A DNA stretch of 64,000 nucleotides from Chrysomallon squamiferum. Taxonomy: Eukaryota; Animalia; Mollusca. Location of the stretch: the NCBI GenBank assembly GCA_012295275.1, contig CM022677.1, positions 23,436,001-23,500,000 of the forward strand, read 5' to 3'. Shown in pieces: positions 30,110 through 43,715 of the stretch; within the stretch, counting starts at the first letter, position 1, and every line of letters begins with the position of its first letter. A program made the translations under genes and the position numbers. Under the pieces are notes generated by a model. The model was not told where the DNA came from, did not search any database, and saw nothing but the letters and a program-made list of their open reading frames with translations.

Positions 30110-33100
30110 AAATGCATGAATATAGGTATATTTGTATGTATATACATATACATAATGTATAAGCCAGTTAGTATGCACTTGGATATTTGTACAATACAAT
30201 ATGTGTGTGTGTATTTTATACTGACACATTAGATGATTGTACATTGCAGTTCCTGGAAGATGGGGTGTGTGGTTTAACTTAAGATACACCTTATGTGATT
30301 CAACTTGTGTCACAGCCCGCTTTAATATGAGACAGTGTAATCCTCCACCTCGCAATGGTGGAAGATATTGCACTGGATATGAACGGTATATTGAGTTTAA
30401 CAATTGCTCAGATGATTATTGTGATCCAGGTAATAATGTTTTTGATAAAGAGATTATTTCTAAAATACTTTTAGACAGATAAATTTGAAATGAACAATAA
30501 CAACAACAACAACACAATAGTATAGCTGCATTAATATAGCAATAATAAAATAAATACAGCTTATGACTTTACTTGAATATTAATATTAATTCTGCCTATT
30601 TATTACTGCCATATTCTATTTTCAACATTTTCAGCTACCCGCATGAGAATGGAATATGGTGAGTTACTTGGTCTTCTTATGTGTACATATCACAATAATA
30701 AATAATGCATTTCTAATGTTTATTCAAATTTAATGAGATAATCTTTTAAAAACAGTTAGCACTGTAAACCTGAGTTAAATATATCTGAAAATTAACATAT
30801 GAGCTACAATTAATTTCCAGGATCATGGTCAAACTGGACAATAACGAATAACAAAACATGTCAAGCTAACTGCAGCAGATTTCTGGTGTATCGTCGTGAA
30901 TGTAGACCCAATATCGATAAATGTCCTGGTTTCTATCGGAAGTTTAGAATAGAAAGCTGCACAGGTGGACTGTGTAATATAGGTATGTTGATACTGTACT
31001 TTTTTTATAGTATCACTGTTGGCATCAGAGAATATTTGTTCTCTGTTGAATATTTGGGAATATTTGATCCCCTGACAACTATTTGTTACCGCCCTTCTAT
31101 GATGATTTTCAGGTGTAGTTTCTGTATTCTGTCTGTGGTAGTTACTGTATACAGTTTGTTTCTATTGAAAATAAACCCCACTGCAAACAGAGATTCACAA
31201 AATTTAAAACTAGGTAGGTGGAGAAGTAATTGGGGTATACATTTGTCTGGATACATCATCTTTACTCTAACCTTGCATGCCCTCTCTTTAGGATCTGAGT
31301 CACTTGTCTGAACCTGAAGTAAATCCATTGATATACACCAATGTTTATGATGAGAACTACTGAAGGATTAACTACTGAAGCAGTCAAGCTTATAATGCTG
31401 TTAAGTATTCTCACCTTCTGAAACAATAGGATAAACAATGCTTGATACAGTTGTAAAGAGTGTATGATAAAAATATATACTAGCAGTGTTAAACTGGTAG
31501 AAAAAGACTTAATCAATACACACAGCACTGTTTCGCAATCTGCATATTTCAAAGCATACCTGTGGAATCTTCAATTTCTTAGAAATTGTGCTATAAATTT
31601 GATAGTTGTGTACCAGTCTACCTGAAGTAACCAGATGGATAACAAAATAAAGACCAAGTAATGATGACAACACACCCACTAAGTGACCATGACAGGTAGG
31701 AAAGAATCCCAAGCCTCATCTGAACAGGTCCTCCAAAGGCGAGGACTCTCCCTGAGAAAAGGAAGATAGGCAGGTCAAGATTCATTTCAGCCTCCAACAG
31801 CACCAAAATGAATACAAATTTGCAAACTCCTTGGACTTTCATCATGTTAAGTGTCTACTTCAATACAGCTGGATATGACCTTTGAGAACCAAAGTGGTAC
31901 ACTACACAAAAGTGAACCACTTCAGTGGTGTCCTATCATTAAGTTCATAAAACACAAAGATTTAGAGGACATGAGATCAAAGTACTTTTAAATCAGAAGG
32001 AAATGCTATGTCTATTGCATAAATTACCTGATAGTCATAATTCCACTGTGTGGTAAACAAAAAATCTCGTTGAAAACTGTCATTATGATTTTTTACTGAA
32101 CAGCATCTGAAAGCCAGTTTTCTGTGCAACTTTAAAGTTCTGTAGTTTGTTATGAGACCATTGATAAATATATATATATATATATATATAGGGTACAATA
32201 TGTATTATCTGTCCTCGCCCGTCTGGAGATTATGGCTTTATTTTTCTAATTCTTATTTCCAGTTATGAAAATATTGAGGACATTTAGTACACTAGTCTGA
32301 AAATACTGAGGAAAATGAATGTTTTAAAAATATTTTGTTATCCATGCAAGTCTATAAATCAAATGGCCAGTCGCCAGATCGCCCAATATTATTTGGGTGA
32401 CCTTTTTTGTGTGTGTATAAGTTATAACACAAATGCCTTTGTCAATAATTCTATTTATTTCACGTAAAAGGTTTTACTCGTAGTTTGATAAATTGGCCGT
32501 ATCGGCTAACCTTAGTTTTATAAAGACAATTTTTTTAGACCGGATATGCATGTAGACTGTTAGTTGTTGCTTTGATAATCAAAACCATGAGTCTCGCTGA
32601 CGCAGTATCGTAAAACTTATCGTGACCATTCAGATCATCTCGGCCGAACAGGCGGACAAATCCGAACCTTCCCAAATGCTGTCTGAACTTCAGTCATCTG
32701 CTTCGAGGTGTTCTGATTTCTGTTATTTGTTTTCCTCTTTGAATTGATTTGTTTGATTGGTAGGTTAATTTGGTGACTGTTGAAAAGACTAATGAAATTA
32801 ATTTTTACCATTTTGGGAATGACTGCAGACCATTTGAGTACCTGCCAGAGCATTCAACAAAAAAGAATTTCAATTTCACATATGTTGGTATGTTTTTACA
32901 AGTGACTCTTCAAAGCATATTTTTAAATCTTACTTCAATAGTTAATGATCAAGTACACGTTTCCTTTAACTCAAAAGACGAAATATGAATATTTTTTGTT
33001 TGCGCTACCTATAACAAATTTGGGCCACAGAATTTATTACGAAATGAATATTTAGTGGCCCGAATTTTTTTTTACAGACTCTATACATTTGAGACGAGTT

Positions 33101-36100
33101 TCAGACCCTGTCTAAGTATGAAAATTTCACCCCTGGGGGAATCAGTATTCGGGGGAACATAGTTTGGGAAACAAACATTCTTTAACCTGGCTTAAGGCAG
33201 GGCTTAACGTCTGCAGCCCATGTGTCAGGAGAGAAAACTTTAGAAAATAAAATGATGACGATGTGAGCATGTTTGTGTGTGTGTGTGTGTGTGTTGTGTA
33301 ATTTGTTTATTTGAGGACGAACAAATAAAACCAGTGTAATTTTGAACATGACATTTTATTAATTTTTTAGTATTCATCATTCTTTATAACTTAATAGTTG
33401 TTATATGTTTCAGTAGTTGCAGATACAGAGGTGACAGTAGTTATAATTTAATTAAGATATTATGATGTTGTTTGAAGATACCAAAAATAAAAAAATGATC
33501 ATGTAATTAACTGCTGTGTTACTTTTTATCCAGCTGATGGCGGTTGGAGTTCCTGGACCAGGGATGAAAAAACATGTTCAGTGACATGTGGGCCTGGTAC
33601 ACGTATTGTTGTAAAAACTAGGGAGTGTAATAACCCAGCACCCTCAAATGGAAGAGATTGTGAAGGCAGTAGACTAAATTTTACTATAGAGTCATGTGAG
33701 ACTGTTGCATGTCCTAGTAAGAAAGTAAATTTAATAAATTTTCATTGTGTCTGCACTGAATAATTTTTTTAACAGTGCTTATTGTTATGTTTTATTTCAG
33801 TAATTACACGCACCCACTCTACTCACTGATTCTATCTCTGGATCACATATGCATTTAAAAAAAGTAATTTTATATTACGAAAGTCAACATATGATGTAAG
33901 GATTTCTTAGTATGAGAAAATGTATGGCTCTACTTAGATTACTGCAGAGATAATGAAAATGATCTTTTTGAATAATTATTATCCAACATTAAATTAAGTT
34001 GATGGAGGATGGAGTTCTTGGATACAAAGTGAAGGTCAATGTTCAAAGACGTGTGGTGTTGGTAGTAAAACCGTGGAACTCGTCAAGGAATGTAATAACC
34101 CAGCACCACAAAATGGAGGAAAACCTTGTCCACCAACAGGAGGAGTCTATGCTGCATATAGTATCCCCTGCAATGAAGGCCCATGTCATAATAAGAAATC
34201 AATAGATTTTGTAAACATTTGTGACGTTGTTGTCTCTGCTTTGGTTATGAGTATATATATATAAAGTAATATAAGTGGCATTTGAATTGAGGACAGAAAA
34301 GACTTGTTGGCTAATACTGTATTAAACATAACAGTCTTATGGAAAGAGATAATTAAAAAATATATCATAATAATAATTAAATAAATAGATGAATAAATAA
34401 AAAAAATAAAAAAAATAAAACAAACTAAATAAATAATTATTGTCTTGCATTTAATTAAGTTGATGGGGGTTGGAGTTCATGGACGAGAAGTGAGGGATCA
34501 TGTTCAGTGACTTGTGGGCCTGGTATACAACAGATAACACAGACAAGGCAATGTAACAATCCAGCACCAGAAAATGGAGGAAATAACTGTGAAGGTTTAA
34601 ATACAACGTCAACCATAGAGGCATGTGAATCTGTCCCATGTGCTAGTAAGAATTTAACACATTTAATAAACCTTTGTGATGTTGTTTCTATGCTTTAAGA
34701 TATAGATGCCATTATAGATATAGGATAAAAAGGAATAAAAAGTGTATTAAGAAATATAAATTAATGTCAGTTAAAAAAATTACAGATAATGGTATTTGCA
34801 TCTACAGCGGAGAAATAAAATAAAAAGCAAAATCCAAAACAGACTATTGTACAGCAAAAGTTGCAGGGTGATAAAAAAAATGTAATAAAAAAAAAGTAAT
34901 AAATTAAAAAAAAAAAAAAAAAAAAATTGGTCGGAATAAGTTTCTATGCATCCACTTGATAATGAGAACAGAAAAACAAAATGGCACTGACATTTAATAG
35001 CTTTTTATATTAAGATATCTCCAGGTGTTTGTAAACATTAATTTATATAGTTTTTGCAATTCAAATTAACTAATTATAAATAAATCATCAGATGAAAAAA
35101 GGAAAAGTAATAACCTTAAGTAATTTCAAAAATAGAATATTACAGCGAATGTATAATTACCTTTTTAAGTTGATGGTGGATGGTCATCTTGGGAAGAAGG
35201 TCACTCTGAATGTAGTAATACTTGTGGAAATGGTACATCTCGCAAAGTTTATACAAGGCAGTGTACAAATCCTGAACCACAACATGGAGGAAAGGATTGT
35301 CCTGGAGAATCTACGAGACAAACTAACCAGTCTTCTAGCTGCTGGGAACGACACTGTCCAGGTGATATACTCACAATATTTCATGTCATCGTTACCTAAC
35401 ATTTGTTGTTAATATAAAAGCACTATTAACTCAAGCTTGTTAATATTTTAATTAACAAATTTTCGGACTACATTGTATTTATAATGGCACCTTCCTAACT
35501 TTCAATGACGTAAATTGGTCTATAAATGTGATGAAAGTCAGTTTCACATTTTTCCGTTTCTTCTCTTTATACACAACAGAAAACAAAAAGAAAAGAAGAT
35601 GCTTCAGTAAATTAAATTTGCTGAATAAATAAACTGACTGATAATTCAGCTATCGTGTGTTTATGTGTGCTAGAAGTAATGTTGAGACAGAATATATATT
35701 TCAAGTAGTTATAATTATACGTTTGATTAGATTACATGAAATCAGATATTTAGTATTCTGATTTAGTGCACTTTTAGTGATATTTGTAAAGCTGAATTGA
35801 CTCAATGTAAGTTTTATTGACTAACTGACAATCAGTTGTTTTCCTTTTAAAATGCAGTTACATCAGTATTCAAATAACAAAATAAAAATAATAAAGAAGT
35901 AATAAATAATGTGTTTGTGTGTGTGTTTGTGTGTGAATGTACAGATAAATATAAATTAATAAAAGAAACAATAAAGAAGAAAAAAATAATGTGTGTGTTT
36001 CTTTGTGAATGTACAGATATATAGATCTAATTAGATAAACAGTAGAAAATGACTGAATCTTTTAGAGTGCAAAACTACAAAAGTGTCACCAACAGATATT

Positions 36101-39100
36101 GTTCAGGTATGTTAGGTGTTGTTGCATTAATTATGGTTTAAAATGGTATATTAAATGTTATGATTATAAAAACATCATTATTTTTTACTAGAAACATTTT
36201 AATGAATTTATACAATTTGTTTTGCACTAAAGATATACAAAGAACCCTGTTCTGGTGGATAGTTTAATTCCATTATTAAAACAGATATTACATAGTATTC
36301 TTAATTTTCAACTGTACATATAAATTAAGCAACAAAGAGTAAAAAATCACATTTTTTTTGTTAATCAAGATTTGTTGTAGTTTTCATTGATGATATAATT
36401 AATCATCATCCACTAACACCTACAAATAGTTCGTCTTGAAAATATAGACCAATTACCATATCATTCATAGGTTAATCTTCACTGATGTTACACTTATTAA
36501 AGTATGAATTGAGGTAAAGTAATTTTGAAGATGTCTTTGTTGACCTTTTTGTTAACTGTTGTTGTTCCCATGGGCATTTTCAATCACTTTTGTAATCAAC
36601 CTCCAAGTGTTTCATTCCTTTGGAGTAATTTTCTTTTTGTTCATATTCTTAAAACTGAAGCAAAATTACCACCTTCTCTGACTGATTTTAACAGATGTGG
36701 AAACTTCTTGATAATACATTAGGAATCTTTGACATGCTGTTTGGCAAGACCAGGTTTGACGTGCAGTGGAGGCATAAGGACTTCCGGTGATTTTACCAAA
36801 AGAATAAGTTACTGGAATAAATTGTTCTCTTGAAGGCCAGTGTCATGTGCGTCAGTGTTGAGGTGTAACACGATTGTATAACATGTAAAGAAACCAAGAA
36901 TGTTTTGAATAGCCTCTTTGGAGTCTTTTTAAGAAGCTAATTATTTTGAAATGGCCGCATACCTGCCAGTTTCACCTAATATAGCCTCTAATGTACAAAC
37001 GAATTTTACATTTTCATCAATTAAATCTTCCAATTCATGCTGGTTTGGAAAGTGTGTTGCTTCTTTTCTTCATAAGTATGATTTAGATTCAGATTCATAA
37101 TTTTCAAGTTTTCCTTATTTAGCAGCTGGTCTCGGCACAAACTGTATGAAACTGAAGAAATGTATGATGACAGAATGTGTCATACTATGTCAATTTTCAC
37201 TTTTTTTGAATTTTGAATATCCACAATGCAAGAGTAGCATCTTTCGCATGCTTCTGTGGTGCTTATGTTATTCAGCTTCTAGCGAACGGTATTGGCAGCA
37301 AATCAACTCGCATCCATTCTTCCAAACCGCACAAACTTCATGCATTTGTGTTGAGCCCCAAAGTATAATTCATGAGCTTCTGAAAATTTCATAGCTATTT
37401 TGATTCCATATATTACCGGCTTAGCACAATATAGAATCCACAAAGATAAGTAAATGAATGCACACAATTTATTTATTTTATTTTAAAATATCAACGCATA
37501 CATACATATATACAAACAGACAAGCATACACCGACAAACATGTATTTTCCACCCGTATAACTGCTTTGAAAATATTTAAAATACTAACACGTACTAAAAG
37601 TTAAATTGATTTATGCAGTGAATGGAGGCTGGAATTCTTGGACGAAAACCTATTCACCTTGTATGTTGACGTGTGGACCTCCAAGAAGTGTATACAGCAG
37701 CAGTACCAAAGTACGACAGTGCATTAGACCACCACCAAAGTATGGAGGGCATTCTTGTATCGGTATTAGTGCTGAAACAAGAAGGATTTTCTGTGATGTT
37801 CCTCTCTGTCCTGGTAATTATACTGTTTTTGTTATCAACGTGTATTTATTTACTGTATGTGTGTAGTTTATAATCTGAGCAACATTTTTATCAAGATCGA
37901 TCACAATTCTGATTAATGATAGTATTTACTATTCTGCTAACTGTACGAGTAAGCATATTAGCTAATTTCTCATTTGATGTGTTCTTATTGTCGGTTATCA
38001 GCTGAATCAGTTGAAAATTGCTATCTATTCCCGGCTTGGCACAGAAACACTTTTGTTCAAAGGAATATGCAATGTATACCACAATAAAGAACAACATTAT
38101 TTTTTGAATAATCGTGGCGTAAGTCTGGTACGTTTCGGAAAATATACATAGTTTCGTTTCTACATTATCGTAGTTCCCCATTCCCACAAAAAGGCTTAAA
38201 ATTAGTCTCATCTGAAGGTGCAGGATTTCCCTTCAAAACTATGTTTTTGTTTTTTTTAAATTTGTTGCTATACGTAATAATACGTCCAAATATATTTCTT
38301 GACTTTCTTTTTATAACTTGGATCGTTTGAATTAAAATCAAATTATATGTGTCCGTAACTAACACTGAAAGTGAAGCAAAAAGCAAGACTATAGGCTCAG
38401 TTTAATTACTGACCGAAGCTAACGTCCTTGACCTACCTTGTGGCGAGATCGTTGGAAATTCCAAGTTCAAAAGCTAAACGGTACAAAATATTTTAAAATT
38501 TTAAGCACATTTTTTATTCCTTATCGAGATGATGCCGAATTCAGTCAGAAAACGAGGTCGAATTAGTCAAAAAAAAAAAAAAAAAAAAAAAAATATGTAC
38601 TGTAAGCACGACATTTGGTCAACGGTAGAAATCTGTACGTTATGTTTAGTTTGAAATTATGAAAAAGGACAATGAACAAACTTTCGAATGATATAAAAAA
38701 AAAAAAAAGCTGTGAAGCTGAATTTTAAACAAAATCATGTTTCTTTTTCTTTTATTCCTGTCTTGCCACATATCATCAGAAAGCTCATTTTATTAGCTTG
38801 GCCACCACGTCCTGTCCTGGTCACCACAGAAGTTGGGGTATTGTTTTCACTGTCACGTTTTTCAAGTGCGAATTACAAATTCTCTGAATCAGTCACGATA
38901 AAACAAACAGAACACAATTTAAGAGCAAATCCTCATTATTATTTCTATGCAGTTCAAAAGGTTTCTTGAAAGCCGAGTCAAAGAGGTTAAAAACAACTGA
39001 TTTTGCTCCTTTTTACAATGATTGATGAAACGTAGCTGCCTGCTGCTGTCTTCAGTCTCACACATACACATACACATACACAGACGCATACACAGACACA

Positions 39101-42100
39101 CACACACATACACACACAGACACACACACACACACACTAAAATATAAGCTAAAACGAATTAACTAAATTAATACACAACAACAACGACGACCACGACGAC
39201 TACAACGACAACAACAAAAATAATAATAATAAAGTTAAATTGAAAACAGAAGTGCCATGTATAACAGAACATTAAACTTAGTAATTATCGTTTTAAGTCG
39301 ATGGTGGATGGGCATCTTGGGAAACTGATCAATCGATGTGTGCGGTTTCGTGTGGAAATGGTAGTGAACACACGATTTATAAAAGGCAATGTACAAATCC
39401 AGAACCACAACACGGAGGAAACGATTGTGTAGGTCAAACAACGAAAACTAGTGTCTCTGGTAGCTGCTGGGAAAGATATTGTCCAGGTAAAAAAATCGTG
39501 CTGTTTTCCTTGTCACTGTTAGTTAATTTTGAGAGACATTTATGTGCGCATACAGAAAGAAACAGTGTGGTGGTGAGAGCTTGTTAGACGAGCGTAGAAA
39601 GAACAGCATTAGCATAAAGCTTTTTTATGACATCTTATATTTAATCTAGTAACAATTCATGTGTTGATGATACATACTCATCTTTAGAGGACCCTCCCCA
39701 AAAAAAAAAAAAGAATAGAAAATACAAAAAAAAAAAAAAAAAAAAAAAGTAAAGTAAATAAAGAAAAATAAAGAAAATAAGAAAAACGAAATGTCTCTTT
39801 TCAGTTCTGTATATTCGTGAGGTTAAAAGATGCCATACATGTGCAAAATGGCCCAGTTAAGAGAACATAAAATATCACGTTTTAAAGAAATGTTTAATTG
39901 GTACCTGTGGCTTTTTGTTTAAAACAGTAACTTTGCTGGAAAGGTGGAAAAGGTTGTGGCAAACAAATGATTGTCAAATAGTGTAACACGTCAAGTAAGA
40001 TCATTATCTCCTGATAAAGATAGTTACGTAGCTATAAGATGTGATACAGATTAACTGTCGTAGAACACTTATAAAGGCTAGATTGTTCTTGTATCATATT
40101 GGATATGAATAAATGAGTTCAGAATGACTTAAATCCATAAGTAAATCATTCTTTTCATAGACGTCTTCACCATCATCAAGGAACCAGTCTCTATTCAAAG
40201 GGTACTACATCCATCCTTGTTTATTATTTAATTACAAGTACTTTGTGCACTTTGATCATCTAGAAATTGAATAGCAATATATTTGACTTCAAAGTATCTT
40301 TTGATTAATTCACTTTTGTACAATTTGAGCCAACTAATTGTAAGACAAAACGGAAAAAGCATTACATCGAAGGAAGTACTGTGTAATTATATTTTTCAGT
40401 TAACGGTGGATGGACATCTTGGGAAATATCTGGGTCTGAATGTAGCGTTACCTGTGGGCAGGGTAATCAGCAGACGGTTTATAGTAGGCAGTGCACGAAT
40501 CCACAACCACAGCATGGTGGAGATGATTGTGCAGGGGAATCTACAAAGCAGGATGTTTCAGGTGACTGTCAGGAACAAGACTGTCCAGGTATTCAATTTG
40601 TGATTAGATTCATTTATTAATTATTTGAAAATACACATATGTTGGTGTTTTCCTGAAAGATATACTTATATATTTTTTTAATCCAGTGATACCATTAACA
40701 TTTTGTTTCAGTTTATTAGGAAGGAAGTGATGAAATTTCATAAATTTCATTTTTGGTATGTTTATCTTCTTTTTATATGCAGCTAAAATCTGCTAAAATA
40801 GTTTTCAGAAACGTTTTACTTTTAATTTATAATGAAAAGTAGAAATATGTATGCTCTGTGTCATGGTCCGTTCATTAAGGTGTGGTAATTTCCATGTCTG
40901 AATAATCCGAAGAGATTCAGAAGGAGGAGCTACAGCTGTCTAGTAGGGATTCCCTGGTCAGGTAAGGCAACAGACTAATTAATGTATGGGAGAAAGCTAC
41001 TGGCAGTGGGGGAAGTAAAAATAAGACAAAGGAAAATACATGAAAGCTACGAAGTGTAAAACAATGGAAGGTACCTCAAAGAGAATGATATCACACAGCT
41101 TCTCTAACAATCAACCTGCTGGCCAAACGTTGCAGTAGCCAGTTATCAGTCATTGATTATGGACCAATTAAATTTAGTGTAGATCTCAACCATAAATGGG
41201 ATTACTGTAAAATGTCGCAAAGACGGAATTTAAAAAGGTGAACTGGGTGGGAATCAGATAATAAAAGAAAGAAAATCAGCTAAAACGGACTTATGAACAG
41301 TAAGACCAATAACATTCCAGTGCAATATACTGTTCCTGCTTGGAAGAGAAACACCTTTTCTTCTAGGAATTATCAAAACGGCAGCCAAGTCAAAATTGGT
41401 AGGAATCCCTCTTACCATATAGGGAAAACGCATCCCCTCAAAATCTGTGGTTTCAGGATTATACTGATGGATCAGTTGACAAAGCTCACAAATAGAGGCG
41501 GATGATATTTGGTCATCCTCAAAAATAAAGAAATTTGAAACACACATAGAAACATACATCATCATCATCATAATCATTTTACTTTCTAAACTTTTCTCTC
41601 AGTAACAAACAGTAAAGTGATGTTCTAAAATTTACGTACGAAAATGGTTTCTATTATTGATATTAAATTGATTTAAGCGGTGGATGGAGGATGGACTTCG
41701 TGGATAATTACCTTTATCCCTTGTCCACAGACGTGTGGACCTAAAAAACGCGTCTTCAGCACCACTGTCAAAGAACGACAGTGCACGAGACCACCACCGC
41801 AGTATGGAGGACGTCGTTGTAGTGGGGCTAGTGCAGAAACAAGAATGGAGTATTGTCGTATTCCTGAGTGTCCTGGTAATTATACTATTATTACAGTTTA
41901 TTTGTATTTATTTAATTATTTGTTAGTGCTTGGTTATATTTTGTGTTAGGTAACACATCACATAACTGTGACAATAGTTTTGAATGTTAAAGAGCCTCTC
42001 TGAAATGTTATGTGTATGTAAAATAAGAGAAATTGGAAAGGATTTGTTTTCGTGCAGTTTATATCAGTGAAGTGTGGCGTCCTTGTACAGAATATTTGGT

Positions 42101-42221
42101 TAAAGCATTAATAATAATTAATAGAAATAGCCAACAATAAGACGAAGTCTTCGGTAAGTAAGCACGTAAAAAAAAAAATAAAAAAAAAAAAAAAAAAAAA
42201 AAATAAAATAACAATAACAGT

Positions 42222-42263
<42 letters not shown>

Positions 42264-42824
42264 AGGAGGAAAGAAAATAAAAGAAATTGTATATATAAAA
42301 GTTTGAAATATTTTACCATACAAACCATACAAACTTTTAAAACATAATCAATGACTGTGGTACTAACGTCAGCAATAAATAAAAAAAAAAAAATAATAAT
42401 AATAATTCAGCTGGATTCGAGTATAGACTGTTTATATTATTTTTATTTATTTTAAAAATACTGGAATCTGTATGTAATTTACAAAATAAAAGTGACATGT
42501 AGAATGGATTTTTGGGGGGATGAATAATATACGAGTTTTAAAACATTTTATATTTGTGTAGTGGAATTAACCACGTTTCTTTTTGGATTGTTTGCGCGCG
42601 CGAAAACACACCCACACACAGACACACACACACACTCTATGATTAATAAATATCTTACATTTTAATAAATGATATTTCGAATATAGAAATATTTTTAATT
42701 ATTTTCTTTTTTTCTTTTTTTTTTTTTTACTTCAGAATCAGTAATGATGAAAGGTATGTTATCTTTTTATTTCTTTTAAAATTTATAAAATGGTCTTAAA
42801 TAAATTTGAAATCCACTGATATTA

Positions 42825-42879
<55 letters not shown>

Positions 42880-43715
42880 GTTTAAAAATAAATAAAGAAG
42901 AAATATTGGTAATGAGTTAAATCTGAGATATGATAATTTGATGAAATGGAATTTCCAGTTCAAGATGTTTAAAATATTCCAGCCTTTGCTTCACGATCTG
43001 ATCTCCATGTAACAGATCGTGATGTAATAAATCTCTGTTACATGATATGCAGAACAGTCTGGTCTTTATTAACACATTTCTGTAATTTATGTTCAGAATA
43101 ATAATCTTTTTTATTAGCTTGTTCTTAAATGTCATTTTGTGGTTAAGGTGTGTGAGATTAATGTTTGAATGCATTCAGTATTCACTCAGAGTTTAGCTCA
43201 TACATATTTATTTGTATAAACAAAAATAATAATACTTTCAGGAGGCAGGAGTGAAGACATTGCAGTACCAATAGTGATGGTTGTCTTGTTTGTTGCGTTC
43301 GGATTAGCTGTTTTTACTTACTACAGGTGAACACCATTAACAGTAGCAAAAGATATCTTCTTTTTGTTGTTGTTGTTGTTGTTTTTCTTTGGTTTAATTA
43401 TTAATAGTAGTGAGTTATTAGTGAAATCATACGTAACACCATTACTTAGAGTGCATATACAGAATGCTGCAAACAAAACCAAGCACTAAATTATATTGTT
43501 TCAGTTACTTTGAAGGATGATGACGTCTTAACATGCTTTAATTATATAAACATTTGCTTTTTCTTATTATTTATTTTGTGCTTGGAATGCAAGCATACAA
43601 GTATTATTATTATTTTTCATTTTTAAGGACGCTAGATAAGTGGAACAGAGACAACGAAGAACTTACCCAGAAATGGCTTGAAAAAGGTGGCCATGAAAAT
43701 TATGCAATGGCTTAA
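29500..43715 (+). CDS. Gene C: TSR-repeat type I membrane receptor (10 intact TSR exons plus 1 lacking a donor)
   Basis: Signal 29500-29554 (MSFVIIIQLLFNGFLTSR). TSR exons 29771-29944, 30250-30429, 30821-30982, 33534-33716, [33999-34190], 34460-34645, 35170-35361, 37619-37813, 39298-39486, 40400-40588 and 41678-41875. Microexons 30635-30658 and 42736-42753, TM 43242-43326, tail 43628-43715. Confidence 0.87.
29771..29944 (+). CDS. Gene C TSR exon 1
   Basis: 174 nt: EGLWTEWVSESETCSTPCGSGILSTIYRRGCSSPGSVDCQGNDTKTETSACVYRYCA. Confidence 0.87.
30013..30104. repeat. (AG)n microsatellite
   Basis: Seen directly; much shorter at the paralogous sites in B and D. Confidence 0.95.
30250..30429 (+). CDS. 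Gene C TSR exon 2
   Basis: 180 nt: PGRWGVWFNLRYTLCDSTCVTARFNMRQCNPPPRNGGRYCTGYERYIEFNNCSDDYCDP. Confidence 0.88.
30635..30658 (+). CDS. Gene C 24-nt linker microexon (TRMRMEY)
   Basis: ttttcag|..|gtgagt, strong splice sites, phase 1-1. Confidence 0.78.
30821..30982 (+). CDS. Gene C short TSR exon 3
   Basis: 162 nt: SWSNWTITNNKTCQANCSRFLVYRRECRPNIDKCPGFYRKFRIESCTGGLCNI. Confidence 0.85.
33534..33716 (+). CDS. Gene C TSR exon (type a)
   Basis: 183 nt: [60 protein letters not shown]. Confidence 0.88.
33999..34190 (+). pseudogene. TSR exon (type b) with donor GT changed to AT
   Basis: Open frame DGGWSSWIQSEGQCSKTCGVGSKTVELVKECNNPAPQNGGKPCPPTGGVYAAYSIPCNEGPCH, followed by ataag instead of gtaag. 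Confidence 0.65.
34460..34645 (+). CDS. Gene C TSR exon
   Basis: 186 nt; paralogue of exons 13968 and 1864. Confidence 0.88.
35170..35361 (+). CDS. Gene C TSR exon
   Basis: 192 nt; paralogue of exon 14625. Confidence 0.88.
36465..37455 (-). mobile_element. Decayed CMC/Chapaev-3-like transposase relic in an intron
   Basis: Minus-strand fragments YLCG..YELYFG, HFPNQHELEDL, HWPSREQF, VLMPPLHVKPGLAKQHVK and KKFPHL, in the order of the LPPLHIKLGLMKQFVK-type transposase. Only the part at 15173-15385 survives in gene B. Confidence 0.65.
37619..37813 (+). CDS. Gene C TSR exon
   Basis: 195 nt; paralogue of exon 15539. Confidence 0.88.
39298..39486 (+). CDS. Gene C TSR exon
   Basis: 189 nt; paralogue of exon 17685. 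Confidence 0.88.
40400..40588 (+). CDS. Gene C TSR exon (acidic)
   Basis: 189 nt; paralogue of exon 18606. Confidence 0.85.
41678..41875 (+). CDS. Gene C membrane-proximal TSR exon
   Basis: 198 nt: VDGGWTSWIITFIPCPQTCGPKKRVFSTTVKERQCTRPPPQYGGRRCSGASAETRMEYCRIPECP. Confidence 0.82.
42736..42753 (+). CDS. Gene C 18-nt microexon (ESVMMK)
   Basis: ttcag|aatcagtaatgatgaaag|gtatgttatc. Confidence 0.75.
43242..43326 (+). CDS. Gene C transmembrane exon
   Basis: 85 nt: GRSEDIAVPIVMVVLFVAFGLAVFTYY(R). Confidence 0.9.
43628..43715 (+). CDS. Gene C cytoplasmic tail exon
   Basis: (R)TLDKWNRDNEELTQKWLEKGGHENYAMA*. Confidence 0.85.

Noticed and set aside
30983-33230. Long ORFs in the large intron of C and D (for example 50805-51254 and 32770-32988)
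   Set aside because: They recur only because of the recent duplication, carry indels between copies, and have no domain or splice support.
36066-36106. Candidate small exon ending in cag|gtatgt
   Set aside because: The best acceptor gives 41 nt, which shifts the frame; the 39-nt option needs a GAG acceptor.
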